Positions 56,212 through 64,000 of a stretch of 64,000 nucleotides of DNA are shown here, piece after piece; the first letter of the stretch is position 1; every line of letters begins with the position of its first letter. The notes under the pieces are model-generated. The model had not been told where the DNA came from and did not search any database. It saw only the letters and a program-made list of their open reading frames with translations. Source of the stretch: Chitinophagales bacterium (lineage in GTDB: Bacteria; Bacteroidota; Bacteroidia; Chitinophagales; LD1); contig JAXLUK010000001.1 in assembly GCA_046329555.1 (NCBI GenBank), positions 790,855 through 854,854 on the forward strand, read 5' to 3'. The position numbers and the translations under genes were made by a program.

Positions 56212-57924
56212 ATGCGCCTTCCCGCTACCCTTCTGGCTCTCTTGCTGGCCGCTGCCGTTTTTACCCAGGTGCAGCGTGTCCATTGGCAGGTGCTCAATTG
56301 GGACAACTTCGGCTACTACCTCCACCTTCCGGCCGTTTTCAAATATCACGACATAGAAAACTACCGCTTTGCTGAAACCTTAAGGCAGCAATATAATACC
56401 TCCTCTTCGCTGTATCAAATCACCCAAACCCCGGAAGGACAGCTCACACCCACCTATACTATCGGCATGGCTTTTTTGTACGCTCCGGCCTATGCCTTTG
56501 CAGATGTATTGGTGCGCTTTACGCACTATCCGGCCGATGGCCTTTCGGCACCCTACCGCCTGGCGCAGGCGGCGTGGGGCTGGCTGCTCTCGCTTTTGGC
56601 GTTGTGGTTGTTGGTGGGCGAGTGGCGGCGGTACCTAAACCCCACCCATACCGTGCTGCTGCTGGCTGGATTGATTTTCGGTACCAATTTCTTCTACTAT
56701 TTCACAGCCGAGCCTGTCTCGCCGCATAATGTGTTGTTTGCGCTATACGGTTTTCTGGTGGTGGTGCTGATGCGCCTTTCCCGCCAACCATCGCCCTACG
56801 GCTTGCCCTTAATCGTCATCATCTGCACCTTACTCACCCTGGCCCGTCCTTCTGAAATTTTCAGCTTTTTACTGGCCGGCACCTTTCTGCTGGTGCATGG
56901 CCGGCAGCAACTGCACTCCCACTGGTGGCGAGGGCTGTTGCCCGCGGGGTCCGCGGGGGCCGTGCTGGTGCTCTTACAAGTACTGTTATGGAAGAAAACC
57001 ACCGGCCACTTTTTCTACAATCCCTATCCCTTTAAACCCGATTTTTTACATCCTCATCTGCTAAAAGGCTTATTCAGTTTCAGAAAAGGATGGCTGTTGT
57101 ATACGCCATGGATGGGACTCCTTTTTGTGGGCTTTTTCATGCCGGTTAAATACGGCTTAAAAGGCTGGAAATGGCCGGTGGCGCTGTTTCTGGCCGCTCA
57201 GTTATGGACGGTTTTTGCGTGGCCGATGTGGTGGTACACCTCCTCATTTGGCATGCGCGCACTGGTGCAATTATACCCGGTGTTTAGTTTGGGGATGCTG
57301 GCCGTGTTTGCTGCTGCTGAAAAAAGAAGGCTGTCCTGGTTACCGGGTTTATTTACGTTGTGTTGTATCGGTTGGAATTTATTTCAGACGTGGCAATTTC
57401 ATCAGCGCATTATTCCGCTTGATGGGAACACCCGGATTCATTACCTGCATTGTTTATTTAAAACGGCGTTAGTGCGCAGCGATTATCGTTTTCTGGAAAT
57501 GCAGGAAGCACCGCCTGATGAATCGCAATTTTCGGTATCGGTTTTACCCGACTCTCCTGCTGCCACTGAAAAACTGGAGATCATTCTTCCTGGTTCTTTT
57601 GGTTCTTCCACAGATGCTGTGTTGGCTCACAACGCCGCGGCCAACTGGTGGCAGATTACGGCCAACTGCAAGCAACAATCGTTGAACTTTGGCGATTATC
57701 AATACGCCCGACAGGTAATGGAAGTGCAACGCGCCGGGAAGTCGGTCTATTGGAAAGATTATCATTTACAATGGCTGCTCAACGACACAGCAAAAACTGC
57801 GGTGCAACTGCCTTTTCACCTGCCTGCATTGCAACGCGGCGATATCGTAAAAATCTATTGCTGGAATAACGGTCCTGATACGGTTCAATACCAATTGTTG
57901 CGGGTGCAGCAGACGGCCCATTAA
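56212..57924 (+). CDS. Polytopic membrane protein, GT-C/ArnT-PMT-like glycosyltransferase fold suspected
   Basis: About 12 hydrophobic helices and an early DNFGYY loop motif. Start chosen at MRLPATLL. The functional call is weak. Confidence 0.45.
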   Translation: MRLPATLLALLLAAAVFTQVQRVHWQVLNWDNFGYYLHLPAVFKYHDIENYRFAETLRQQYNTSSSLYQITQTPEGQLTPTYTIGMAFLYAPAYAFADVLVRFTHYPADGLSAPYRLAQAAWGWLLSLLALWLLVGEWRRYLNPTHTVLLLAGLIFGTNFFYYFTAEPVSPHNVLFALYGFLVVVLMRLSRQPSPYGLPLIVIICTLLTLARPSEIFSFLLAGTFLLVHGRQQLHSHWWRGLLPAGSAGAVLVLLQVLLWKKTTGHFFYNPYPFKPDFLHPHLLKGLFSFRKGWLLYTPWMGLLFVGFFMPVKYGLKGWKWPVALFLAAQLWTVFAWPMWWYTSSFGMRALVQLYPVFSLGMLAVFAAAEKRRLSWLPGLFTLCCIGWNLFQTWQFHQRIIPLDGNTRIHYLHCLFKTALVRSDYRFLEMQEAPPDESQFSVSVLPDSPAATEKLEIILPGSFGSSTDAVLAHNAAANWWQITANCKQQSLNFGDYQYARQVMEVQRAGKSVYWKDYHLQWLLNDTAKTAVQLPFHLPALQRGDIVKIYCWNNGPDTVQYQLLRVQQTAH

Positions 57925-57929
57925 AATGT

Positions 57930-58180
57930 TGATTTGGCCGTGCCCCAGGCCGCAGCCCTTTCATGAGAAGGCAGTGCGATAGAGCCAGAGCGCGCTGTGA
58001 ACCGAGCCAATCCGGCGGCCTGGGTCGCGTGTTGCAGGGGTTCCGTGCGCCTACGGCGCACCTCGCACGCGCAAGGCGTGCTCGCCCTTCCACCCGCTCA
58101 CGGATTTAGGGACCGGATGCGCCTTTCGCAGCAAGGCCGAAAAAGTATTCGGGCTCATCTGCAAAAACGCCGGACAGCCT
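57930..58180. repeat. GC-rich intergenic element, same family as 7725-7890
   Basis: It starts a few nt after the stop at 57924. It shares CTACGGCGCACCTCGC...GTGCTCGCCCTTCC blocks with 7830-7870. Confidence 0.55.
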
Positions 58181-58183
58181 GTA

Positions 58184-59173
58184 TTACAGCTTATCCTTAG
58201 AAGGCGTGCTGTTGTTCGAATTATTATTCTGGTTAGAATTTGATGGTGCTGCAGGAGCAGTTCCGCCAAAAACCTTTTTCAAAATATCAGTGGTGCGTGC
58301 AACAGGATCTTTTCTGATTTTAGCTTCTTCCTGAGCCACCATGTAAAATAATCCATCTAACGCCTTACGCGTAACATAATCGGTAAGATCAGGATTAATC
58401 TGCTGCACCATCGGAATCTGATTATAGGTACCCATCACCTGACTCCATGCCTGCGTAGTCAGTGTTTTATCTAAAACACTTTTCACTTTCGGACGGAAAG
58501 CGGCTACCAGCGGTTCGGTAGTGGTGCGTTGTAAAAATTGTGTGGCGGCATCCGGCTGCTGATTGCCTACAATATTGATGGCATCGCTAATGGTTAGTTG
58601 GCTAATAGAATTTAAAAAAATAGGCGTTGCCTGAGTAGCCGATTCTTCTGCGGCACGGTTCAACTGCACCACCATATTATCTACCAAACTGCCCATGCCA
58701 ATGGTGTTCAGCGTAGACGCCACTACCTGAGCTTCTTTTGGAAAAGGTATTTTGATGAGTGGATTGCCGAAATAACCATCCTTCACCGATACTTTCTGCA
58801 CGCCATTGGTGATGCCGTTCATCAGCGCATCGCGAATAGCTTTAGCGGCTTCCGCTTCGGTAAAACTTCCGCCCTTGGTTACATCGGTAACTACGTTCAC
58901 CACATCATCTAACAGGCCTTTCCCGCCACCTGAACTACCACCAGATGAAGCAGGCTTGGTTGTATTGGTTGCCGGTTTCACCACATTGGTTGCCGGCTTG
59001 GTTACGGGCTTAGTTGCTGGCTTGGTAGTACTTCCGCCGCCACCTAAGCCGCCCCGGGTAGTAGTAGAAACGGTTGCCTTTTTAACTGGTTTTACCGGTT
59101 GTTTCGCCGGGGATTGTGCTATCGTTGTTGCTGCCATCGAAAACACTAAAGCAGCCGTAATCAGGTTTTTCAT
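58184..59173 (-). CDS. DUF4197-family secreted protein with low-complexity TKPA-repeat linker
   Basis: Signal peptide, then (T)KPATKPVTKPATNVVKPATNTTKPA. The remainder follows the DUF4197 pattern (DGYFGNPLIKIPFPKEAQ...LNRAAE...). Confidence 0.7.
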   Translation of the reverse strand: MKNLITAALVFSMAATTIAQSPAKQPVKPVKKATVSTTTRGGLGGGGSTTKPATKPVTKPATNVVKPATNTTKPASSGGSSGGGKGLLDDVVNVVTDVTKGGSFTEAEAAKAIRDALMNGITNGVQKVSVKDGYFGNPLIKIPFPKEAQVVASTLNTIGMGSLVDNMVVQLNRAAEESATQATPIFLNSISQLTISDAINIVGNQQPDAATQFLQRTTTEPLVAAFRPKVKSVLDKTLTTQAWSQVMGTYNQIPMVQQINPDLTDYVTRKALDGLFYMVAQEEAKIRKDPVARTTDILKKVFGGTAPAAPSNSNQNNNSNNSTPSKDKL

Positions 59174-59211
59174 TATTCTTTTTAAAAATGTTATTCAATA
59201 AGCTTGCCAAA

Positions 59212-60246
59212 TCACTTTTCTACACCCAAAGCCTTAAGCGTTTCCATATTCAAATTACCTACCGGCAGGTTTTTATCTTGTTGGAATTTCATGAGCGCAG
59301 CCTTGGTTTTTCCACCCAAAGTATTATCTAATTCACCCGGGTCGTAACCATTTTCTTTTAACGCTTTTTGGATGGCCAGAATGCGCGTAGGCGTAACCTG
59401 ACTGGCGCAAAGCACTTCATGCCATTCGCCATAACCACCTTTCTGAACCAGTTCACGTTTTGTAATTTTTTTGTACGTGGCAGGCACTTCAATAGTTTGC
59501 TGCTGCGCCGGTTGGTCAATAACTTTTTTTGAAACTACTTTAGTGATGGCTTCAACAGGAATCTCTTTACGCGTTGCCGGTTCCTTCATCACCTGACGAG
59601 AAACTTTTTTATACACAGCAGGAATTTCCTTTAGGCACATCACCTGGCAATCGGCCGGATTAGCAGAAAGGCAATTGACATCCGCCATTCCTTTTTCCCA
59701 TTTGCGGGTTGCCGGTGTTACCAATACATCCTCCGTAACCGTTTCATATACGGCAGGAACGGTCTCATATTTTACTCCGGCAGGTCTAATCACAATGGTA
59801 TCATAAACTGTTTTGTAGGTTGCAGGAGTAGTTTGCACCCGCGTAGTGGCCGGTTTATCTACAATCTCTTCTTCGCGAGATTCATATTTATCAGGCACCA
59901 TGCAGCGTGCATAACATTTCCCCGGTTCTGCCCCTGGAGGCATATCGGTTTCCACAGCAGCGGGCATCTCCTTCACCGGAGTTGGTGCTGTAATAGTTGT
60001 GCCTGTTCCGGTATTGGTTCCTAAACCGCCCTGGCTATTGCCTACAGGCGTTTTGAATTTGATTTTTGGCAAAGTAGAAGGCGGTGGGCCAGCCTTTACA
60101 GAATCTGGTTTTCTTTCTTCCAAAATAATCGCATTCGGATTTTGCTCCTTATACTTTTCCATGTTTGGATTACCGGTATTGATAAAAATTTGGGCGAAGG
60201 CGCCGGTGGTGCAGGCCAAGGCTGCGCCAAGAAGAATTGGTTTCAT
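59212..60246 (-). CDS. Secreted protein with C-terminal peptidoglycan-binding domain (PG_binding_1-like)
   Basis: Signal peptide, internal P-A-[TV]-Y-[KE]-[TK]-[VI] repeats, and C-terminus IQKALKENGYDPGELDNTLGGKTKAALMKFQQDKNLPV. Confidence 0.7.
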   Translation of the reverse strand: MKPILLGAALACTTGAFAQIFINTGNPNMEKYKEQNPNAIILEERKPDSVKAGPPPSTLPKIKFKTPVGNSQGGLGTNTGTGTTITAPTPVKEMPAAVETDMPPGAEPGKCYARCMVPDKYESREEEIVDKPATTRVQTTPATYKTVYDTIVIRPAGVKYETVPAVYETVTEDVLVTPATRKWEKGMADVNCLSANPADCQVMCLKEIPAVYKKVSRQVMKEPATRKEIPVEAITKVVSKKVIDQPAQQQTIEVPATYKKITKRELVQKGGYGEWHEVLCASQVTPTRILAIQKALKENGYDPGELDNTLGGKTKAALMKFQQDKNLPVGNLNMETLKALGVEK

Positions 60247-60289
60247 GCTACGAATGTAGAAAATACAAGTATTTTATAACCTTGCGGAC

Positions 60290-61096
60290 ATGAAAGAATT
60301 GATTGAAGCGGCCTGGAACGACCGGTCGCTGCTGGAAAATCGCGAGACCATTGAAGCCATTGAAGCGGTGATAGAAGCGCTGGATAAAGGAAAGATGCGG
60401 GTAGCTGAGCCTCAGGGTAATCAATGGCAAGTACATGAATGGATTAAGAAAGCCGTGATTCTTTATTTCCCAACGCGCACGATGGAAACGTTGCATGCCG
60501 GCCCCATGGAGTTTCACGATAAAATGAAATTAAAAACCGGTTACAGCGAATTAGGAATTCGCGTGGTGCCGCATGCTGTGGCACGCTATGGTGCCTATGT
60601 TGCCCCAGGCGTAATCATGATGCCCTCGTATGTGAACATTGGTGCCTATGTAGACAGCGGCACTATGGTAGATACGTGGGCTACCGTGGGAAGCTGTGCG
60701 CAAATTGGAAAGCACGTACACCTCAGCGGAGGGGTTGGTATTGGCGGCGTGCTGGAACCGGTGCAGGCGGCTCCGGTGGTTGTGGAAGATCATTGTTTCA
60801 TTGGTTCCCGTTGTATTTTGGTAGAAGGCGTTCGCATTGGGCGGGAGGCCGTATTAGGCGCTAATGTGGTATTGACCAACAGCACCCGCATCATTGATGT
60901 TAGTGGCGCTGAGCCGGTAGAATACAAAGGTTATGTTCCCGAGCGCAGTGTGGTGATTCCCGGCAGTTATCCCAAAAAATTTCCTGCGGGTACGTATGAT
61001 GTGCCTTGCGCATTGATTATTGGCAAGCGAAAAGCCAGCACCGACTTAAAAACATCGCTGAATGATGCCTTGCGCGATCATTCGGTTTCTGTTTAA
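60290..61096 (+). CDS. dapD: 2,3,4,5-tetrahydropyridine-2,6-dicarboxylate N-succinyltransferase
   Basis: Hexapeptide-repeat LbH domain with a DapD N-terminal pattern. 268 aa. Confidence 0.9.
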   Translation: MKELIEAAWNDRSLLENRETIEAIEAVIEALDKGKMRVAEPQGNQWQVHEWIKKAVILYFPTRTMETLHAGPMEFHDKMKLKTGYSELGIRVVPHAVARYGAYVAPGVIMMPSYVNIGAYVDSGTMVDTWATVGSCAQIGKHVHLSGGVGIGGVLEPVQAAPVVVEDHCFIGSRCILVEGVRIGREAVLGANVVLTNSTRIIDVSGAEPVEYKGYVPERSVVIPGSYPKKFPAGTYDVPCALIIGKRKASTDLKTSLNDALRDHSVSV

Positions 61097-61175
61097 ATCT
61101 TTTTCGCAACCCATCGCCAGATTATTCGTTTAATGATGAAGATTTTGAATGCGTTTGGTTCAACTTAGAAGCGTC

Positions 61176-61973
61176 ATGAAGCTAAAGGTAGTTTATATTG
61201 TAGGAGGAACTTCGGGAATTGGTTTGGCTATTGCCCGCGAATTGGCGGCGCGCGGCATGCGCATCTGCATTTTTGGAAGGCGCACCGATTGGTTGCAACA
61301 GGCCATTACAGATGTTAGCACTAAAGGATTTTGTACCGGGTTTACAGCCGATGCCACCAATCGTGCAGCACTCAACGAGGCATTTCAACAAGCCATTGCT
61401 GCCGTTGGTATTCCTGATGTGCTCATCAATTGCGCCGGCCGGGCCATTCCGATGCATTTTAGTGAAATCAGCGACAGCCAGATGCAACAAACTTTTTCTT
61501 TAAATTTTCAAACGGCCTGGAATGCCTGTCAGCTCCTGGTTCCGGTGATGAAAGAGAGCGGTGGCGTTATTGTCAATACTTCATCAGTGGGTGGGTTGAT
61601 TGGCGTATTTGGATACACCGATTATTCGGCATCGAAATTTGCGTTGATTGGATTTTCAGAAGCACTTCGGCAGGAAGTAGCCGCTAATAACATTCGCGTG
61701 CAGGTGCTTTGTCCGCCCGATACACAAACGCCCGGATTTGAAGAAGAGAACAAAACAAAACCTGTTGAAACAGCGGCTATTTCGGCAGGAGCCAAATTGG
61801 TACAGCCCGAAATAGTTGCCCGCGAATTTGCCAATGCGCTAGGCGGAAAGAAATTTTTGATTATTCCCGGTTTCGACAGCAAATTATCCTGGCTCATGAA
61901 ACGCTTTGCACCATGGTTGGTAGATGGCATCATCAAACGGGCCATCAGCCAGGCGCAAAAGACCAAAGCCTAG
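61176..61973 (+). CDS. SDR oxidoreductase, 3-ketodihydrosphingosine reductase (KDSR)-like
   Basis: GGTSGIG cofactor motif and YSASKFAL catalytic motif. The KDSR-like stretch is VLCPPDTQTPGFEEENKTKPVET (compare animal KDSR ..[21 protein letters not shown], recalled from memory). Confidence 0.7.
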   Translation: MKLKVVYIVGGTSGIGLAIARELAARGMRICIFGRRTDWLQQAITDVSTKGFCTGFTADATNRAALNEAFQQAIAAVGIPDVLINCAGRAIPMHFSEISDSQMQQTFSLNFQTAWNACQLLVPVMKESGGVIVNTSSVGGLIGVFGYTDYSASKFALIGFSEALRQEVAANNIRVQVLCPPDTQTPGFEEENKTKPVETAAISAGAKLVQPEIVAREFANALGGKKFLIIPGFDSKLSWLMKRFAPWLVDGIIKRAISQAQKTKA

Positions 61974-63235
61974 ACTAGGCCAAAGCGTTTTCCTACCCTT
62001 TGAAATTTATCCAGAATAAAATCCAAATGTTCGCGCTGATGCGTAGCCATGTAACTGGTGCGCAACATTTGCATACCTGGAGGCGTGGCCGGCGAGATAA
62101 ATGCATTTACGAATACACCTTCGTCGTAGAGCGCCCGCCAGAAAGCAAAAGTTTGATGATCGTTCTGTTCATCGTCCTTATGGTTGCCAACAAAAACTGG
62201 CACTATAGCCGTAATACCATCCGGCACCCGGAATCCCATTTCGCGCAGATGCTTTCGGATGTAGGCCGCATTGGCGGTTACTTGCAATGGCAATTCTGGC
62301 TGTTCGGTAAGAATATCTAACGCTGCCAAAGCGGCCGCAGTAGAAGAAGGCGTAGGTGAAGCACTAAAAATAAGTGCGGGCGATTTGTGCTTGAGATAGT
62401 TAATTACCTGTTCATCGCCAACCACAAATCCACCAATAGAAGCCAAAGTTTTGCTGAAGGTACACACAATAAGGTCTACCTCGTCCTGCACACCAAAATG
62501 ATGCGCCGTTCCCTTTCCCTGCGGTCCCAATACCCCAAAACCATGGGCATCATCTACCAAAACGGTCGCCTCATATTCTTTTGCCACTTGGGTAATCGCA
62601 TCCAGTTGCCCTACTGTTCCGAAAGTCGAAAAAACGCCGTCAGTTACAATCAATTTATCGCCATCGGTGCGTGCCATGCGCTGCTTCAAATCGGCAGCGT
62701 CATTGTGTTTATAACGATTTACAGAAGTATGCAAACTGGCAGCCAGCATATTGCCTGCTACCAGGCTGGCGTGATTGTCTTTATCCGAAAAAATATGGTC
62801 TTTTCTTCCTACCAGTGGCAGCACTACGCCCTGCCCTGCCTGAAAACCAGTAGTAAACAAGAGCGCTGCTTCTTTTCCTAAAAAATGGGCAATTCGCTGT
62901 TCTAACTCGATGTGTAAATCAATGGTTCCTGTTAAGAATCGTGAACCAGAGCAACTGGTGCCATATTTGCGAATGGCGGCGATGGCCGCTTCTTTCACTT
63001 TTGGATGCGCCGTAAGCCCGAGATAGTTGTTGGAACCCGCCATAATTACCTTGCGGTCTTCCATCATCACTTCTGGCCCCTCACTTTCCTGAATGGGCCG
63101 GAAATACGGGTACAACCCCATTTCATGTACTTCGTAGTTTCGGGTATAGTCGCTGCACTTCTGTAGCAACGGTCGTTTAGCGGGTTGCGTGATTACCGGC
63201 ATTCCATGTGTTTCCACAAAAATACGGCTATTCAC
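61970..63235 (-). CDS. spt: Serine palmitoyltransferase-like alpha-oxoamine synthase (PLP-dependent)
   Basis: YFRPIQESEGPEV, GSNNYLGLT and GSRFLTGTIDLH motifs, and PLP-Lys region FSKTLASIGGF. It is closer to the SPT pattern than to BioF/KBL as recalled. Confidence 0.7.
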   Translation of the reverse strand: MNSRIFVETHGMPVITQPAKRPLLQKCSDYTRNYEVHEMGLYPYFRPIQESEGPEVMMEDRKVIMAGSNNYLGLTAHPKVKEAAIAAIRKYGTSCSGSRFLTGTIDLHIELEQRIAHFLGKEAALLFTTGFQAGQGVVLPLVGRKDHIFSDKDNHASLVAGNMLAASLHTSVNRYKHNDAADLKQRMARTDGDKLIVTDGVFSTFGTVGQLDAITQVAKEYEATVLVDDAHGFGVLGPQGKGTAHHFGVQDEVDLIVCTFSKTLASIGGFVVGDEQVINYLKHKSPALIFSASPTPSSTAAALAALDILTEQPELPLQVTANAAYIRKHLREMGFRVPDGITAIVPVFVGNHKDDEQNDHQTFAFWRALYDEGVFVNAFISPATPPGMQMLRTSYMATHQREHLDFILDKFQRVGKRFGLV

Positions 63236-63262
63236 TGAAGAAAAATAGCCGTTCGCTTAATT

Positions 63263-64000
63263 TTATGAGTTTTTAGGGAATTCCCCAGCCAACCGGCGCT
63301 GACGATCTACGGCTACTTTTCCCTGCCCTGTACGCTCTACGCGGCTAAAAAGGGAATAGCGGGAATCGAAAAGAAAATCAATAAACAGACGGGTAAGTGA
63401 CTGGTAAGACTTTAGCGGCTCATAAAACTCAGGAGCCATTGCCCGAAGGGCTGGCAACTTATTCCAGGGAATAGAGGGAAAGTCGTGATGTTCGTTGTGG
63501 TAGCCTACATTCAGCGAGAAAAAATTCATGGGGCCATAGTAGCTGGCGGTTTCCTGTTCAGGTTCGTAGGTATAGTGTTCCTGAATCCAGCGCGCACCCA
63601 GCGGGTGAAGTCCGATGGAAAAGAAAAATGAAAACAACAGATAAAGCAATCCATTCCATCCGCACCAATACACAATGGCCACATCAAAAGCTACAGCAAA
63701 AGCCAGATTAACCCACGTCCAGGTATTAAACAATTGAATAGATTTTAAACGGGGTGGACGAGTTAGCTGGAAGAAGGGGAAAAAAAGCAACCACATGGCT
63801 TTTCCCAAAGCCGAGTTTCCAATGAGGCGAGCCTCCCATCGCGATGCCAGATCAGCATCATAATCATAATCGCCCTGATGTGCATGATGTTTTAAATGAT
63901 AGGTATTGAAGCCCATGGCACCGGGAAAAAGATTCACCCAATCTGCCATGATTGCCACCAAACGGTTCTGCCATTTTGATTCGAATATCAACTGATGTGT
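63263..64000 (-). CDS. Sphingolipid delta4-desaturase (DEGS/DES1)-like fatty acid desaturase; N-terminus outside the window
   Basis: His boxes HLKHH and the DEGS-type YHNEHHDFPSIPWNKLP. The frame is open to the window edge. Confidence 0.75.
   Translation of the reverse strand, partial: THQLIFESKWQNRLVAIMADWVNLFPGAMGFNTYHLKHHAHQGDYDYDADLASRWEARLIGNSALGKAMWLLFFPFFQLTRPPRLKSIQLFNTWTWVNLAFAVAFDVAIVYWCGWNGLLYLLFSFFFSIGLHPLGARWIQEHYTYEPEQETASYYGPMNFFSLNVGYHNEHHDFPSIPWNKLPALRAMAPEFYEPLKSYQSLTRLFIDFLFDSRYSLFSRVERTGQGKVAVDRQRRLAGEFPKNS

Noticed and set aside
56050-56349. A 99-aa minus-strand ORF lies between tRNA-Trp and the membrane-protein gene.
   Set aside because: It overlaps the 5' region of the + strand gene and its promoter region. 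It has no recognisable motifs, and tuf, which would be expected here, is clearly not encoded.

Overview
This is a Bacteroidota-type chromosomal segment. The evidence is T9SS cargo with PorP/SprF and OmpA partners, DUF4295 next to rpmG, tRNA-Trp-secE-nusG-rplKAJ, and little SD dependence. A Chitinophagia/Sphingobacteriia-like origin is inference only. About 55 protein genes are supported: a TetR-controlled TolC/MFP/RND efflux operon; a DoxX/HxlR pair; an SPFH gene with a tiny HExxH partner; a RelE-like two-gene module; a bacilliredoxin/FNR-like/PH-domain operon; a C1 peptidase; a T9SS type-B cargo-PorP-OmpA triad; clpC; a PI-PLC-like gene; polyprenyl synthase; GT4; GH3; GT32-like; prfC; an ABC/outer-membrane-barrel set; GlxA-MarR-Gpx; ftsY; a ribosomal-protein/secE/nusG cluster with tRNA-Trp; dapD; and a eukaryote-like sphingolipid cluster (KDSR-like SDR, SPT, DEGS-like desaturase). 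No rRNA or CRISPR array was seen. The most unusual content is non-coding. A modular family of intergenic repeats forms islands at about 27.9-28.4, 31.5-31.9, 33.7-34.3, 35.7-36.0, 49.1-50.2 and 52.0-52.6 kb, with simpler GC-rich relatives at 7.7, 13.6 and 57.9 kb. The modules are about 110-nt stem-loop units bounded by a GCCGCG-NNN-CGCGGC hairpin, 9-bp-period GGGAC/GTCCC G-tract arrays, 15-bp TCGAACATCGAA arrays, a perfect 25-bp-arm hairpin, and GC-rich blocks. Direct copies of these composites bracket two T9SS-cargo gene cassettes. One of them splits the conserved rpmB-rpmG-DUF4295 | ftsY neighbourhood. An IS110-family element carrying candidate bridge-RNA-like structure sits inside one island. 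All alignments were made by eye. No database search or folding computation was run.
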